A stretch of 64,000 bases of DNA, taken from positions 20,365-84,364 of IMG/VR virus record IMGVR_UViG_3300010397_000001. The stretch is one strand, 5' to 3'. How positions within the stretch are numbered: position 1 is the first letter of the stretch; each line of letters starts with the position of its first letter. Origin of the DNA: a virus. The notes below the pieces were generated by a model that saw only the letters and a program-made list of their open reading frames with translations, made no database searches and was not told where the DNA came from. This document shows, piece by piece, positions 1 to 8,770 of the stretch. A program made the position numbers and the translations under genes.

Positions 1-251
1 TCGAGAAGTACCGTGGCGTCGGTGTCATTCGTGGCGAGATGACCACCATCGACGTGGAGGAGCTGCGCGTTCAGTGCATGGAGCAAGATCCATCGGGTAA
101 CTTGTGGCGTTCGATCACGACGCGCGTCCTTGACAACGGGTTGTTGGAAGCGGCGCTGGAGCAGGGGCGCATTCCACCTGCCCTGGTGCAGGCAGCCACC
201 AAGACGGTCCCCAAGAAGGAGTATCTGGGTCTTCAGTACCTGAAGAAATGA
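1..251 (+). CDS. Hypothetical phage protein, probably 5'-truncated by the window edge
   Basis: Reading frame is open from the window start to TGA at 249-251; codon usage matches neighbouring genes. Confidence 0.6.
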   Translation, partial: EKYRGVGVIRGEMTTIDVEELRVQCMEQDPSGNLWRSITTRVLDNGLLEAALEQGRIPPALVQAATKTVPKKEYLGLQYLKK

Positions 252-639
252 CCAGCATCACCAGGTGCCCCACAGGGGCTGTGACGTCCTGGGAAAGGCA
301 GGGGGTAGACGTCCCTACCCCCTGTGACTAAAAGCCTGTCAGCGACCCTTACAGGCGCCTTAAAACGGCCATTCATTCACTGAAAGTTACGACGCATGAA
401 GAAGATCAAGACTGATCCGCCCATCTATCTGGAGACGATGGCAGCGGTTGCATGGCTGAACCGTAGGCGTCGTGATGTTCCGTCGGGGTATCCGGTTGGC
501 AAGCGGCACCTTGACCCTCGGATGAACCCAACCGGTTGGAAGGCTGGCGGGCGTGACGCTGAGGAGTATCAGTTCAATCCAGAAATGGTCGGTGCGTCAC
601 GTGCTAGCGGTGTTGAGTTCGGGGAGGTGACTTCAGTCA

Positions 640-1014
640 GTGAAAACTGGGATGCGGATGCGACCCAACATTCAGGGGACGAATGACCCCCAGAACGAGA
701 ACTGCACGCTTGTTCCTGTGACGACAGTGAACCGTCTGCTCCCCAAGCTGTCACCTAACGTGCCGGCGGGGAGCTTCTTCCGCTTCAATGAGGAGACGAA
801 GCTGGTAGAAGCGATCGTCACGCCGGTTGCAGGCTACACAAGCATGGTCCCGATAGCGTGGGATACATGCGCAGACTGCACACGACCCCTCAGGCGCTGT
901 GAGTGCGCCCGTGGTGTATCTGCCAAGTCTTGGATGGTGGAGGCCGCGGAGAAGCGACCTGAGCTGATGCCAGAGGAGGCGCCCAAGAAAAAACTTCGGA
1001 GGATGAAGTTGTGA
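640..1014 (+). CDS. Hypothetical protein with a Cys-rich motif
   Basis: ORF track; CADC..CEC motif; GTGA overlap with the next gene. Confidence 0.55.
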   Translation: MKTGMRMRPNIQGTNDPQNENCTLVPVTTVNRLLPKLSPNVPAGSFFRFNEETKLVEAIVTPVAGYTSMVPIAWDTCADCTRPLRRCECARGVSAKSWMVEAAEKRPELMPEEAPKKKLRRMKL

Positions 1015-1739
1015 CGGAAGACTTTAGCAATATGGCGCGCCGGCTTAGTCGCCTCAACGAGCTTCTGTCCAAGGCCATTCAAGAGGTGGACAAGTACGAA
1101 GAGATTATTGCCGACAACGTCGCTGACTTGCCGGCGTACCTCCACTTCGCGGTGGAGAACATTCTTGGTGTGCTAACCGTCGGCTCTCCGATCAATATGA
1201 AGTACCTGTTGACGGAAGGTCAAGCGATCGAGGTTCACAAGATGTTTGCTCAGATCGACATCCGGTACGCCGGCCAGATGCCGATCACGTGTCAGCTTGG
1301 CATGTGCACTCCTTCCACCGACGCGGCCATGCGCATCCTTACCGCGAGGACGATCGACTGGGACACGTATCAAGAAGAGGCGGCAGTCCTTCTAGAGGGG
1401 CGCAATGCTTTCGGCGCCAGACCGGCACACACGACGTGGCTCATTCACGCCGGCATGTCGACCGCCGTACAGAGCTGCGATATCCCTCATGGCACCATGG
1501 TGGCCTACGCGGCTTCCGCTCGAAACCAGATGGTCAACATCATGGAGATAATCGCGGAACACGAGTGGCCACCTGAATGCACCGAAGTCGTCCTGCGCTT
1601 GATGGGAGCAATGGACGACTCAGCTTTGGGCACCTACAGCAATCCGCTGGACGATCGCATAGAAGGGCAGAAGGATGGAACAGGAGACGGACCAGGCGTC
1701 AGTGCCGACGAACTCGACCGATGGTTCAACCTCGGATGA
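1011..1739 (+). CDS. Hypothetical protein
   Basis: 242-aa ORF coupled to the upstream gene. Confidence 0.7.
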   Translation: MTEDFSNMARRLSRLNELLSKAIQEVDKYEEIIADNVADLPAYLHFAVENILGVLTVGSPINMKYLLTEGQAIEVHKMFAQIDIRYAGQMPITCQLGMCTPSTDAAMRILTARTIDWDTYQEEAAVLLEGRNAFGARPAHTTWLIHAGMSTAVQSCDIPHGTMVAYAASARNQMVNIMEIIAEHEWPPECTEVVLRLMGAMDDSALGTYSNPLDDRIEGQKDGTGDGPGVSADELDRWFNLG

Positions 1740-2208
1740 TGAACCGGTGGTGTTGAGCGCACCGGTGTCGGCTCACCTGTTCAGCGAGATGAGGTCGCAT
1801 CTCGTTGTTCAGGTGAAGGATGACGGTACGGGCATCAACCAACTGACGAACGCTCTGGTTGCGCGGTACCAGGCCGCAGTCGCCGAGCTGGGAGAAGCAA
1901 CCGCCGCGATCGTCAAGCACTGTCGGAAGACCGGGCAGACGGTGCCGTTCGACTTCCTCTACCCGTCGGCCCGCACCGTGTCGAAACTTCCGGCGAAGAC
2001 CAAGAAGGGTAAGCCGCTCCCGCCTTGGTTGCTTCCTTCCGACGAGGTGTTCCCCGCTGACTCGGAGGCCGCCAGCTACCACGAGTGCCCGGAGTGTAAG
2101 AAGCAGGTGCAGCACGACACCAGCAATGTCGCTTGTCCGCACTGCCAGGAAGAGCAGCGCAAGAAAGAAGATCCAGCAGCCAAGCCCGGCACGATCTTCG
2201 CAGCGTAG
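1732..2208 (+). CDS. Hypothetical protein with C-terminal Zn ribbon (start uncertain, 1675-1788)
   Basis: CPEC...CPHC motif. Confidence 0.55.
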   Translation, partial: SDDEPVVLSAPVSAHLFSEMRSHLVVQVKDDGTGINQLTNALVARYQAAVAELGEATAAIVKHCRKTGQTVPFDFLYPSARTVSKLPAKTKKGKPLPPWLLPSDEVFPADSEAASYHECPECKKQVQHDTSNVACPHCQEEQRKKEDPAAKPGTIFAA

Positions 2209-2412
2209 ATATGATCGGCCGTCACAGCATTCAGTACGACGAGCGGTGGTTCGTGTGCAAGCGCTGTAAACGGGCCGTTCGTGTCATGCTGGCCAAGCCT
2301 CTGCTCGGCTGGCGGTTCCTACACATCCCACGTCGCTGCCACGACTGTTCAACTAGGAGGCACTAGCGACAGACCCTGACTGAATTGGATTCAGTACCTG
2401 AAGGAGAGAAGG

Positions 2413-2682
2413 ATGACGCAGCATAGAGGCGGGGCGCTGTCACGAATTGCCCCGGAAGGTTGCTACACCACGTCTGGTTTTGCCAAGGCGGTCGGTATAT
2501 CTACCGACACGGCCAAGCGTTGGCGCCTGACGGGGACGCTCATTCCATCCGGTGAACCACACGAGAGTGGTGAACTGACGATCTACATCTACACGGAGGA
2601 GGACGTGCAGCTTGGGCGACAGCTTCGTGTCAGCCCGGGTTCGCTCGATCGGCGCCTCAAGCACCTGGAAGTTGCGTCTTGA
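2413..2682 (+). CDS. MerR/excisionase-like helix-turn-helix DNA-binding protein
   Basis: YTTSGFAKAVGISTDTAKRW..G.L.P and YTEEDV pattern; SD aaggag upstream. Confidence 0.75.
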   Translation: MTQHRGGALSRIAPEGCYTTSGFAKAVGISTDTAKRWRLTGTLIPSGEPHESGELTIYIYTEEDVQLGRQLRVSPGSLDRRLKHLEVAS

Positions 2683-2797
2683 ACTTCATGAAGTGAACCG
2701 TACAGGTTGTCTCGTTTGGTAGTGTGATGGCCTGTACGGTTCAACATGTCAATGACGAACGACTCAGCAAATAACGCACGTGGAAGGTAGGTGGCGC

Positions 2798-3541
2798 GTG
2801 CCCATTGGCCAAACAGTCGGCAGTAAGCAGAACATGAAGAGTCTGCTCGCCGGCGGAAACAGCAACGACGAAGTGTGGCGGCTGAAGGACGGCGAGGCGG
2901 CTCACGTCCGCTTTCTGACCGAACCGTCCGGATGGTCGCGGTACTACGAGCACTTCGATTCCAGCCGCGAAGGAAGTCCGTTCATCCCGTGTATCGGGCG
3001 TGACGAGGGCTGCCAGTACTGCGACGACGGTGTCAGGTCTGGAAAGAAGTTCCTCGCGAACATCGTGGACCTTCAGACGGACAAGGCGCGGGTGATCGTG
3101 CTCCCGCAGACGGCGGCCGACTTCCTCTACAAGCGGTGGGCTTCCAAAGACACCATCATGGACCGCCCCTTCACGATCGAGCGCGAGGGGTCCGGCAAGG
3201 ACGACACGACGTACACCGTCGACCACGAGTCTCCGTCCAGGTTCAACACCAAGCGGTTCGAGATCAAGGACCTGGAGGAAGTCCTCCAATCCATGCTCGA
3301 CGGTCCCACGGTCGCGGATGACGATGACGATGAGCCATCGTGGTCGCGCAAGAAAAAGAAGTCGGCGGCGAAGAAGGCTGCTCCAAAGAAAGCTGGTCGT
3401 CGTACGATCGCTGACGAAGACGACGACGAAGACGACGAGGACGAACGTCCGCCGCGCCGGCCGGTCAAGTCGGCCAAGAAGTCCGTACGCAAAGCGCTCC
3501 CTCCCAGCAAGGGCGTCAAGCGCATGCGCAAGATGAACTGA
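2798..3541 (+). CDS. ssDNA-binding protein (T4 gp32-like) with acidic/basic tail
   Basis: WRLKDGE..VRFL, EHF, C....C..C, FTIEREGSGKDDTTY; strong codon bias. Confidence 0.75.
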   Translation: MPIGQTVGSKQNMKSLLAGGNSNDEVWRLKDGEAAHVRFLTEPSGWSRYYEHFDSSREGSPFIPCIGRDEGCQYCDDGVRSGKKFLANIVDLQTDKARVIVLPQTAADFLYKRWASKDTIMDRPFTIEREGSGKDDTTYTVDHESPSRFNTKRFEIKDLEEVLQSMLDGPTVADDDDDEPSWSRKKKKSAAKKAAPKKAGRRTIADEDDDEDDEDERPPRRPVKSAKKSVRKALPPSKGVKRMRKMN

Positions 3542-3590
3542 CCCAGCGAACACCATTCACACCATCAAGCACTGAGAGGGAACAACCAAG

Positions 3591-4439
3591 ATGGCAGTCA
3601 GCAAGAAAGCCGCCGCTCCGGTGAAGTCCGCGAAGTCCAAGGTCGGTCCGGCGAGGATCGCCAAGGCGGAGCCCGCGAAGGTCGCTCCGAAGAAGGCTCC
3701 GGCCAAGGCGGCGCCGAAGCAGGACGTCGAGCAGATGTCCGTTCCGGACTTCCTCAAGTCCCTGCGCGACCAGATCGACGCGTTCCTCGGCTCCGCGCCG
3801 TGGGACGAAGCCGAAGCCTCCGGCACCGACGAGGAGGCGGACGAAGAGACCAGCGCGATCGACGCGCGGCGCGCGGAGCTGGAGGACATGACGCCGGCCG
3901 CCCTGCGCAAGTTGGCGAAGGCCGCGGAGTTCGACCCCAAGGACATCAAGGCCGCGTCGGTCGAACAGCTCGTCGAGAACCTGTTGGAAGCCGAATTCGG
4001 CGACGCCGAGGACGACGAGGACGAAGACGAGGAGGACTCGGAGGAGTCGGAAGACGAGGAGACCGAGGACGACTCCGACGACGAGGACGCCGAGGACGAG
4101 GAGGAAGAGGAGGACGACGGCGAGGACGATTACACCCGCGAAGACCTCCTGGCGATGTCGCTGTCCGACCTGAAGAACCTCGCGGTGCAGCTCGGCAAGG
4201 CCGACAGCAAGGCGGACCTGAAGGGCCAGGACAAGGACACCGTCGCCGATCTGATCCTAGAGGACGACGAGGAGTCGGAAGACGAGGAAGGCGAGGACGA
4301 CTACTACACCCGCGAGGACTACGAGGCGATGAAGATCGACGAGCTGAAGGCCCTCGCCGACCAGTGCGGCATCTCCTACAAGAAGACCGTCAAGGCCGCC
4401 GAGCTGATCGACGCCTTGGAGGCGTACGAGGAGGACTAG
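3591..4439 (+). CDS. Acidic protein with K/A-rich N-terminus and three Rho-N/HeH-like helical repeats
   Basis: ELEDMTPAALRKLAK, EDLLAMSLSDLKNLA and EDYEAMKIDELKALA separated by D/E tracts. Confidence 0.7.
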   Translation: MAVSKKAAAPVKSAKSKVGPARIAKAEPAKVAPKKAPAKAAPKQDVEQMSVPDFLKSLRDQIDAFLGSAPWDEAEASGTDEEADEETSAIDARRAELEDMTPAALRKLAKAAEFDPKDIKAASVEQLVENLLEAEFGDAEDDEDEDEEDSEESEDEETEDDSDDEDAEDEEEEEDDGEDDYTREDLLAMSLSDLKNLAVQLGKADSKADLKGQDKDTVADLILEDDEESEDEEGEDDYYTREDYEAMKIDELKALADQCGISYKKTVKAAELIDALEAYEED

Positions 4440-4465
4440 CTACATCGTCCATCCGGTGAAGTAAT

Positions 4466-4499
4466 GGGGCACCCCATACCAGGGGTGCCCCTTCTGTTT
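4466..4499 (+). terminator. Intrinsic terminator
   Basis: GGGGCACCCC/GGGGTGCCCC stem followed by TTCTGTTT. Confidence 0.75.
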
Positions 4500-4657
4500 G
4501 TAGGAGATGAAGTGAGTAATCGGCGCAAGTACAAGCGCTTGCTCAAGTGGTACCGGCATTACAACCGATGTGCCAAGCTGCATGCGGCGCCCAATCTCTG
4601 CCAGACCTCTTCGGTGTGCGCGTGGTGGGCGTGCTGCGAAGCGGCTCGTTCTAGTGT

Positions 4658-4981
4658 GTGGAGATAGTCATGCGGGGTAAGCAGGATCACCAGCCGCCTG
4701 CTCGTACACAGCAGGAACCGCTGGACAACACCAGCAACTACATCGCTGAGCAGATCGAGGTATGGCGGAAGACCGGTCAACTGATCCACCCCGAAACCGC
4801 GATGGAGATCGCCGCGTGGTGGCAGATGCCAAGCAACAGCTTCAGCCAGTTTGCCTCTACCGGTCACATCGCAAGTGACCTCATTCAGACCGTGAAGGAT
4901 CAAATGGAGGTGGCTCCAGAAGCGTCGCCCCACACCCAGGAGTTGTCAGCGCTCCTGGCCTATCTGGAAGCGTGTAGCTGA
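4658..4981 (+). CDS. Hypothetical protein
   Basis: ORF track; likely start ATG 4670. Confidence 0.6.
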   Translation: MEIVMRGKQDHQPPARTQQEPLDNTSNYIAEQIEVWRKTGQLIHPETAMEIAAWWQMPSNSFSQFASTGHIASDLIQTVKDQMEVAPEASPHTQELSALLAYLEACS

Positions 4982-5009
4982 TGATGATGTACCACTACAG
5001 AATCGGAGA

Positions 5010-5789
5010 ATGAACGTGGCACGGAAGAACCGGACGGACGCCGTCAAGCGCGCCGCTCAGTATCAGGGTTCGTCGACCGTCGTGCGTGGTGCGAAGCGTG
5101 CACCCCACGAACACACCCTCTCGTTCATCCGGGGCCGGCAGCGGTGCACCACCTGCCCCCACGTCGAGCCGCGTCCGAAGGTGGCGACCAACAACCTGGC
5201 CTTCGGCCAAGCCTTCACCGACGCCTTGGGCGAGTTCGACAAGGCAGCCAAAAGGATCGGCGACGGCTTCAAAGACATCTCTGCGCAGATCCTCAAGAGC
5301 AGCAAGAAGGAAGTCGTCACCATCGACTTCCTCACCATGTCGAAGCGATTCCCGGAAGAAATCTCTATCGGCTTCAACGACTCGTTGCCGCACCGCGAAC
5401 CGACTGACACGCCCGCCCCTACGGCCGACGTCGACCCGGAGACGCTGTACGCCATCGTTGACAAGCTGAAGACCGACGACCAGATCGGTGAGGCGAAGAG
5501 TGAGCCGACGCCGGCCGACATCGAGGCCGCCGTGCCGCTCGTCGCACCGGTGGTCGTTCAGACGTCCTTCCCCACGGAGCAGCAGACCCGCGAGACGATG
5601 ATCCTCCACTTCACTAACCAGCCGGACTCTGCCATGCGTGACGAGTTGGTGCAGACCGTTCAGTGGCTGAACCTGCACGGGTTCAACTTCAAACTGACCT
5701 CGAAGACGAACAAGTCGCAACTGTGGGCGTGGATCCGCGAGGCACGCGCCACGGTGCAGGACACCAACGTTCCGCAGGACGACGCGTGA
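5010..5789 (+). CDS. Hypothetical protein
   Basis: 259-aa ORF with SD ggaga. Confidence 0.7.
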   Translation: MNVARKNRTDAVKRAAQYQGSSTVVRGAKRAPHEHTLSFIRGRQRCTTCPHVEPRPKVATNNLAFGQAFTDALGEFDKAAKRIGDGFKDISAQILKSSKKEVVTIDFLTMSKRFPEEISIGFNDSLPHREPTDTPAPTADVDPETLYAIVDKLKTDDQIGEAKSEPTPADIEAAVPLVAPVVVQTSFPTEQQTRETMILHFTNQPDSAMRDELVQTVQWLNLHGFNFKLTSKTNKSQLWAWIREARATVQDTNVPQDDA

Positions 5790-6232
5790 ACGAAACTCGC
5801 GCAAAATTCGGTGCCCTGATCCCCTTCGCTATCGTGGTCGTCGCCATCATGGTCGGATGGTGGTTGATTCCGCCGCTGTCTCCGACGCAGGCCGACGTTA
5901 ACATGCCGTTGCACTACCAGGTGTCTTCTGTGCCGTCTACGGCCGGCAGCGACGCTCTGGTGCCGTCTATGCGCCCCACCACTGTGACGGCAGTGATGCC
6001 CAACCTGGTGGGGATGGACGTACCCACCGCGCAGGGGCACATGAAGACCCTCGGCTTCACACGCGTTCTGTTCATGTCGAACGACTCGACTCTCCGATCG
6101 ATCGACACACCGCAGAACTGGATCGTCGACACTCAGCAGTTCACAGCCGGCGAACCCATCTGGGTGGACGAGCTGATTACGATTGAGTGCCGGTGGAAAA
6201 ACTGGGGGCTGGAATCCCCCACCAAGAAGTGA
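5786..6232 (+). CDS. Membrane-anchored PASTA-domain protein
   Basis: N-terminal TM helix; MPNLVGMDVPTAQGHMKTLGF...WIVDTQQFTAGE; GTGA coupling. Confidence 0.7.
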   Translation: MNETRAKFGALIPFAIVVVAIMVGWWLIPPLSPTQADVNMPLHYQVSSVPSTAGSDALVPSMRPTTVTAVMPNLVGMDVPTAQGHMKTLGFTRVLFMSNDSTLRSIDTPQNWIVDTQQFTAGEPIWVDELITIECRWKNWGLESPTKK

Positions 6233-6264
6233 CCGTGGCAAACCAACACAGGAGGACGTAACCA

Positions 6265-6429
6265 GTGAGTGGCGGCAAGTTGCCCGTGACCGGGCTCAGC
6301 ACAATCATGGTCGGTGGTGTCGCGATCAACCAGGTGAACTTGGCTCTGATCGCCGTGGGCATCGTCATCGTCGGAGCGGTACTCTACCGCTTCGGCTGGC
6401 GCCGCCGGAAGCCGATCAGTTCTCGGTGA
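6265..6429 (+). CDS. 54-aa LPxTG sortase-signal mini-protein (not in ORF track)
   Basis: SD GGAGG 6251-6255, GTG start; MSGGKLPVTG + hydrophobic stretch + WRRRK; stop overlaps the GT2 start (GTGA). Confidence 0.8.
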   Translation: MSGGKLPVTGLSTIMVGGVAINQVNLALIAVGIVIVGAVLYRFGWRRRKPISSR

Positions 6430-7919
6430 CCTATAGGGCATGGATGGTGCGGCGTCGTGCATTGCTCGGCGCCGCTCTTCTTGTAATGGCAGGTGCTGGT
6501 TGGTCATACCGACACATCCAGTCGACCATTCAAGAGGTAAATGGCAACGGATCACAGTACGGGCTGATCTTCACCTTCGCCTTTGTGATCCTGGTGTGGC
6601 AGACGTTCCTCTGCTATCGCGAAAAGCCGTGGCGGGCGAATGCCGCGCAGCAGCAGATCCTCAACGCCATGCGTATCGGTGTGGTCGTTCCCGTCTACAA
6701 CGAGGACCCCGCAGCGCTGCGACACTGCCTGGCGTCGCTGATCGATCAGAGCCGACCATTCAACATGATCTACGTCGTGGATGACGGCTCGACGAAAGTG
6801 GACTACGCGCAGGAAGGGGTGATCACCTGGTTCAAGCTCGCGTGCAAGCGCGCTGGCATTCCGTGTGCGTGGGCTGTGAAGGGCAATGGCGGAAAGCGGT
6901 CCGCTCAGGGCGTGGCGTTCATGAACGCAGACGTAGACCTGTGGGCGACGTCTGACTCAGACAGCATCTGGGCGCCCAACGCACTTCACGAGTTACAGAT
7001 ACCGTTCCGAGACACACGGGTGTTCAGCGTGGCCGGCATTGTGGTGGCGCTGAACAACACGAAGAACCTACTCGCCCGGGTAACCGATCTGTGGTTCGTT
7101 ACCGGACAGTTGATCGACCGCTCAGCGATGTCAACGATGGGTTCGGTGTTGGTCAACAGCGGACCCATCGCCATGTACCGCTCCGAGGTCATCATGAAGA
7201 ATCTCGACGGCTATCTCAACGAGACGTTCTTCAAGTGGAAGATCGAGATGAGCGATGACTCGCTGCTGACGCTGTACGCGCTTCAGGAAGGGAAGGCTGT
7301 ACAGCAGCCGACAGCGTTCGCGTTCACTCTGATGCCGGAAACTCTGAACCATCACGTACGCCAGTACCTCCGATGGATGCGCGGTGCGTTCATTCGGTCG
7401 GCCTGGCGGTTCAAGTACCTGCCGCTGAAAACCTACGCGTTCTGGGGTCATCTGCTGGGGTGGATCCAGATGCTGATGAGCACCGTCATCTTCGTGACGT
7501 TGTTCTTCGTTCAGCCGGTGAAGTCAGGCCAGTACTTGTCGGCCTGGCCGTACCTGCTCAGCATCCCGATCCTGATCGGCTACGCCCAGTCTCTGAGGTA
7601 CCTGGCTATTCGTCGCAGTGACCAGACGTTGTGGTCACAGTTGTTCACGGTGGCACTGACACCTCTTGCCACGGTGTGGGCTTTCTTCGGACTCAGGATC
7701 ATCCGGTGGTACGCCATGTGCACGCCCACGGTCGGTGGTTGGGGCACTCGGGAGAACATCGAGTTGACCATGGGTGGTGGCGCCGAACCAAGTGCACCGC
7801 AAGTCGAGGTGCGCCGTATCGTTCCGTGGTACGCGGACCCTGATCGAACGGTGGTCCTGGCAGGCAGCCGTGCGGCCGCGCAACCGACCATCTACGGGCG
7901 CCACAGGGCCGCTGAATAG
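6426..7919 (+). CDS. Processive GT2 glycosyltransferase, hyaluronan synthase/NodC-like
   Basis: VPVYNED, VDDGS, GKR, DSD, SGPIAMYR, DD..LT, QYLRW (QxxRW); N- and C-terminal TM helices. Confidence 0.88.
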   Translation: MTYRAWMVRRRALLGAALLVMAGAGWSYRHIQSTIQEVNGNGSQYGLIFTFAFVILVWQTFLCYREKPWRANAAQQQILNAMRIGVVVPVYNEDPAALRHCLASLIDQSRPFNMIYVVDDGSTKVDYAQEGVITWFKLACKRAGIPCAWAVKGNGGKRSAQGVAFMNADVDLWATSDSDSIWAPNALHELQIPFRDTRVFSVAGIVVALNNTKNLLARVTDLWFVTGQLIDRSAMSTMGSVLVNSGPIAMYRSEVIMKNLDGYLNETFFKWKIEMSDDSLLTLYALQEGKAVQQPTAFAFTLMPETLNHHVRQYLRWMRGAFIRSAWRFKYLPLKTYAFWGHLLGWIQMLMSTVIFVTLFFVQPVKSGQYLSAWPYLLSIPILIGYAQSLRYLAIRRSDQTLWSQLFTVALTPLATVWAFFGLRIIRWYAMCTPTVGGWGTRENIELTMGGGAEPSAPQVEVRRIVPWYADPDRTVVLAGSRAAAQPTIYGRHRAAE

Positions 7920-8038
7920 CCCAGGGTAGGGGCGAACTACCCAACGTCAAGATGATCTACGCAGGGGCCTCTACAGGCCCCTTTCTTAACGTTCGTTCAG
8001 TTCATGAATTGAAGTCGGACAGAAGGGTCATTCAGGAC

Positions 8039-8371
8039 ATGAACAAAACCAGGTTGACGCTTGCAACGTTGGTGGTCGGTGCCGTGGTTTCTCTCACGGC
8101 TGGCTGCGGCGGTGGGAACGCGACGAGTGCAGATGTGACCGGCGTGACGGCGGTGAAGCCGGATGTGATCGAGGCATACAGCAATATCGACGGCTACCCC
8201 AACATCGTGGTGCTCTGCATCCACAAGGTGGCCTTCGCAACCACGCAGCGAAACGCCGGCCAGAACTTTGTCCGCGTACCGGAGCTGGACGTGACGCTGT
8301 GCCACGGCACACCATCCCCTTACAACCTCAACACGCCGAACGACGGCGCACCGCGACCGGCGTCAAGCTGA
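8039..8371 (+). CDS. Lipoprotein
   Basis: Signal peptide with lipobox-like LTAGC. Confidence 0.7.
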   Translation: MNKTRLTLATLVVGAVVSLTAGCGGGNATSADVTGVTAVKPDVIEAYSNIDGYPNIVVLCIHKVAFATTQRNAGQNFVRVPELDVTLCHGTPSPYNLNTPNDGAPRPASS

Positions 8372-8770
8372 TGACAGAAGAGGAGTTAGCCAAACGCTTG
8401 AAGGCCGCACAGCCGGACGCACCTCAGCCGAAACAGTCGCGATGCAGCGGCTGCTATGACTCATTCAGTGGGCCGTGGTGTGAGAACTGTGACCAGTGGC
8501 CGTGTGTCTGCACGGACGACGCCAGCTAGCGTCTGCTCGGGGCATCGGCGGGTGTCGGTGCCCCCTGCTGTCGATTAGGTGGTGAGGGCGTCGATCTGTA
8601 CTACATCTATTTCCGTGTGGTTGGCGGCTACATTCATGTAGTAAAAGCGCGAACGAGAGATCAAGCGCTTAACATGATTGCGCCAGTAAACGCATCTGGC
8701 GGAGCCAAGTTGTTCTTTGGATTGCCTACCTACCAAGAGGCAATGGCGTACATAGAAAGGCTGTCAGGGG

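Noticed and set aside
6183-6425. 578-aa start for the GT2 given in the ORF track
   Set aside because: The upstream region encodes the PASTA C-terminus and the LPxTG peptide in other frames; GTG 6426 is translationally coupled.
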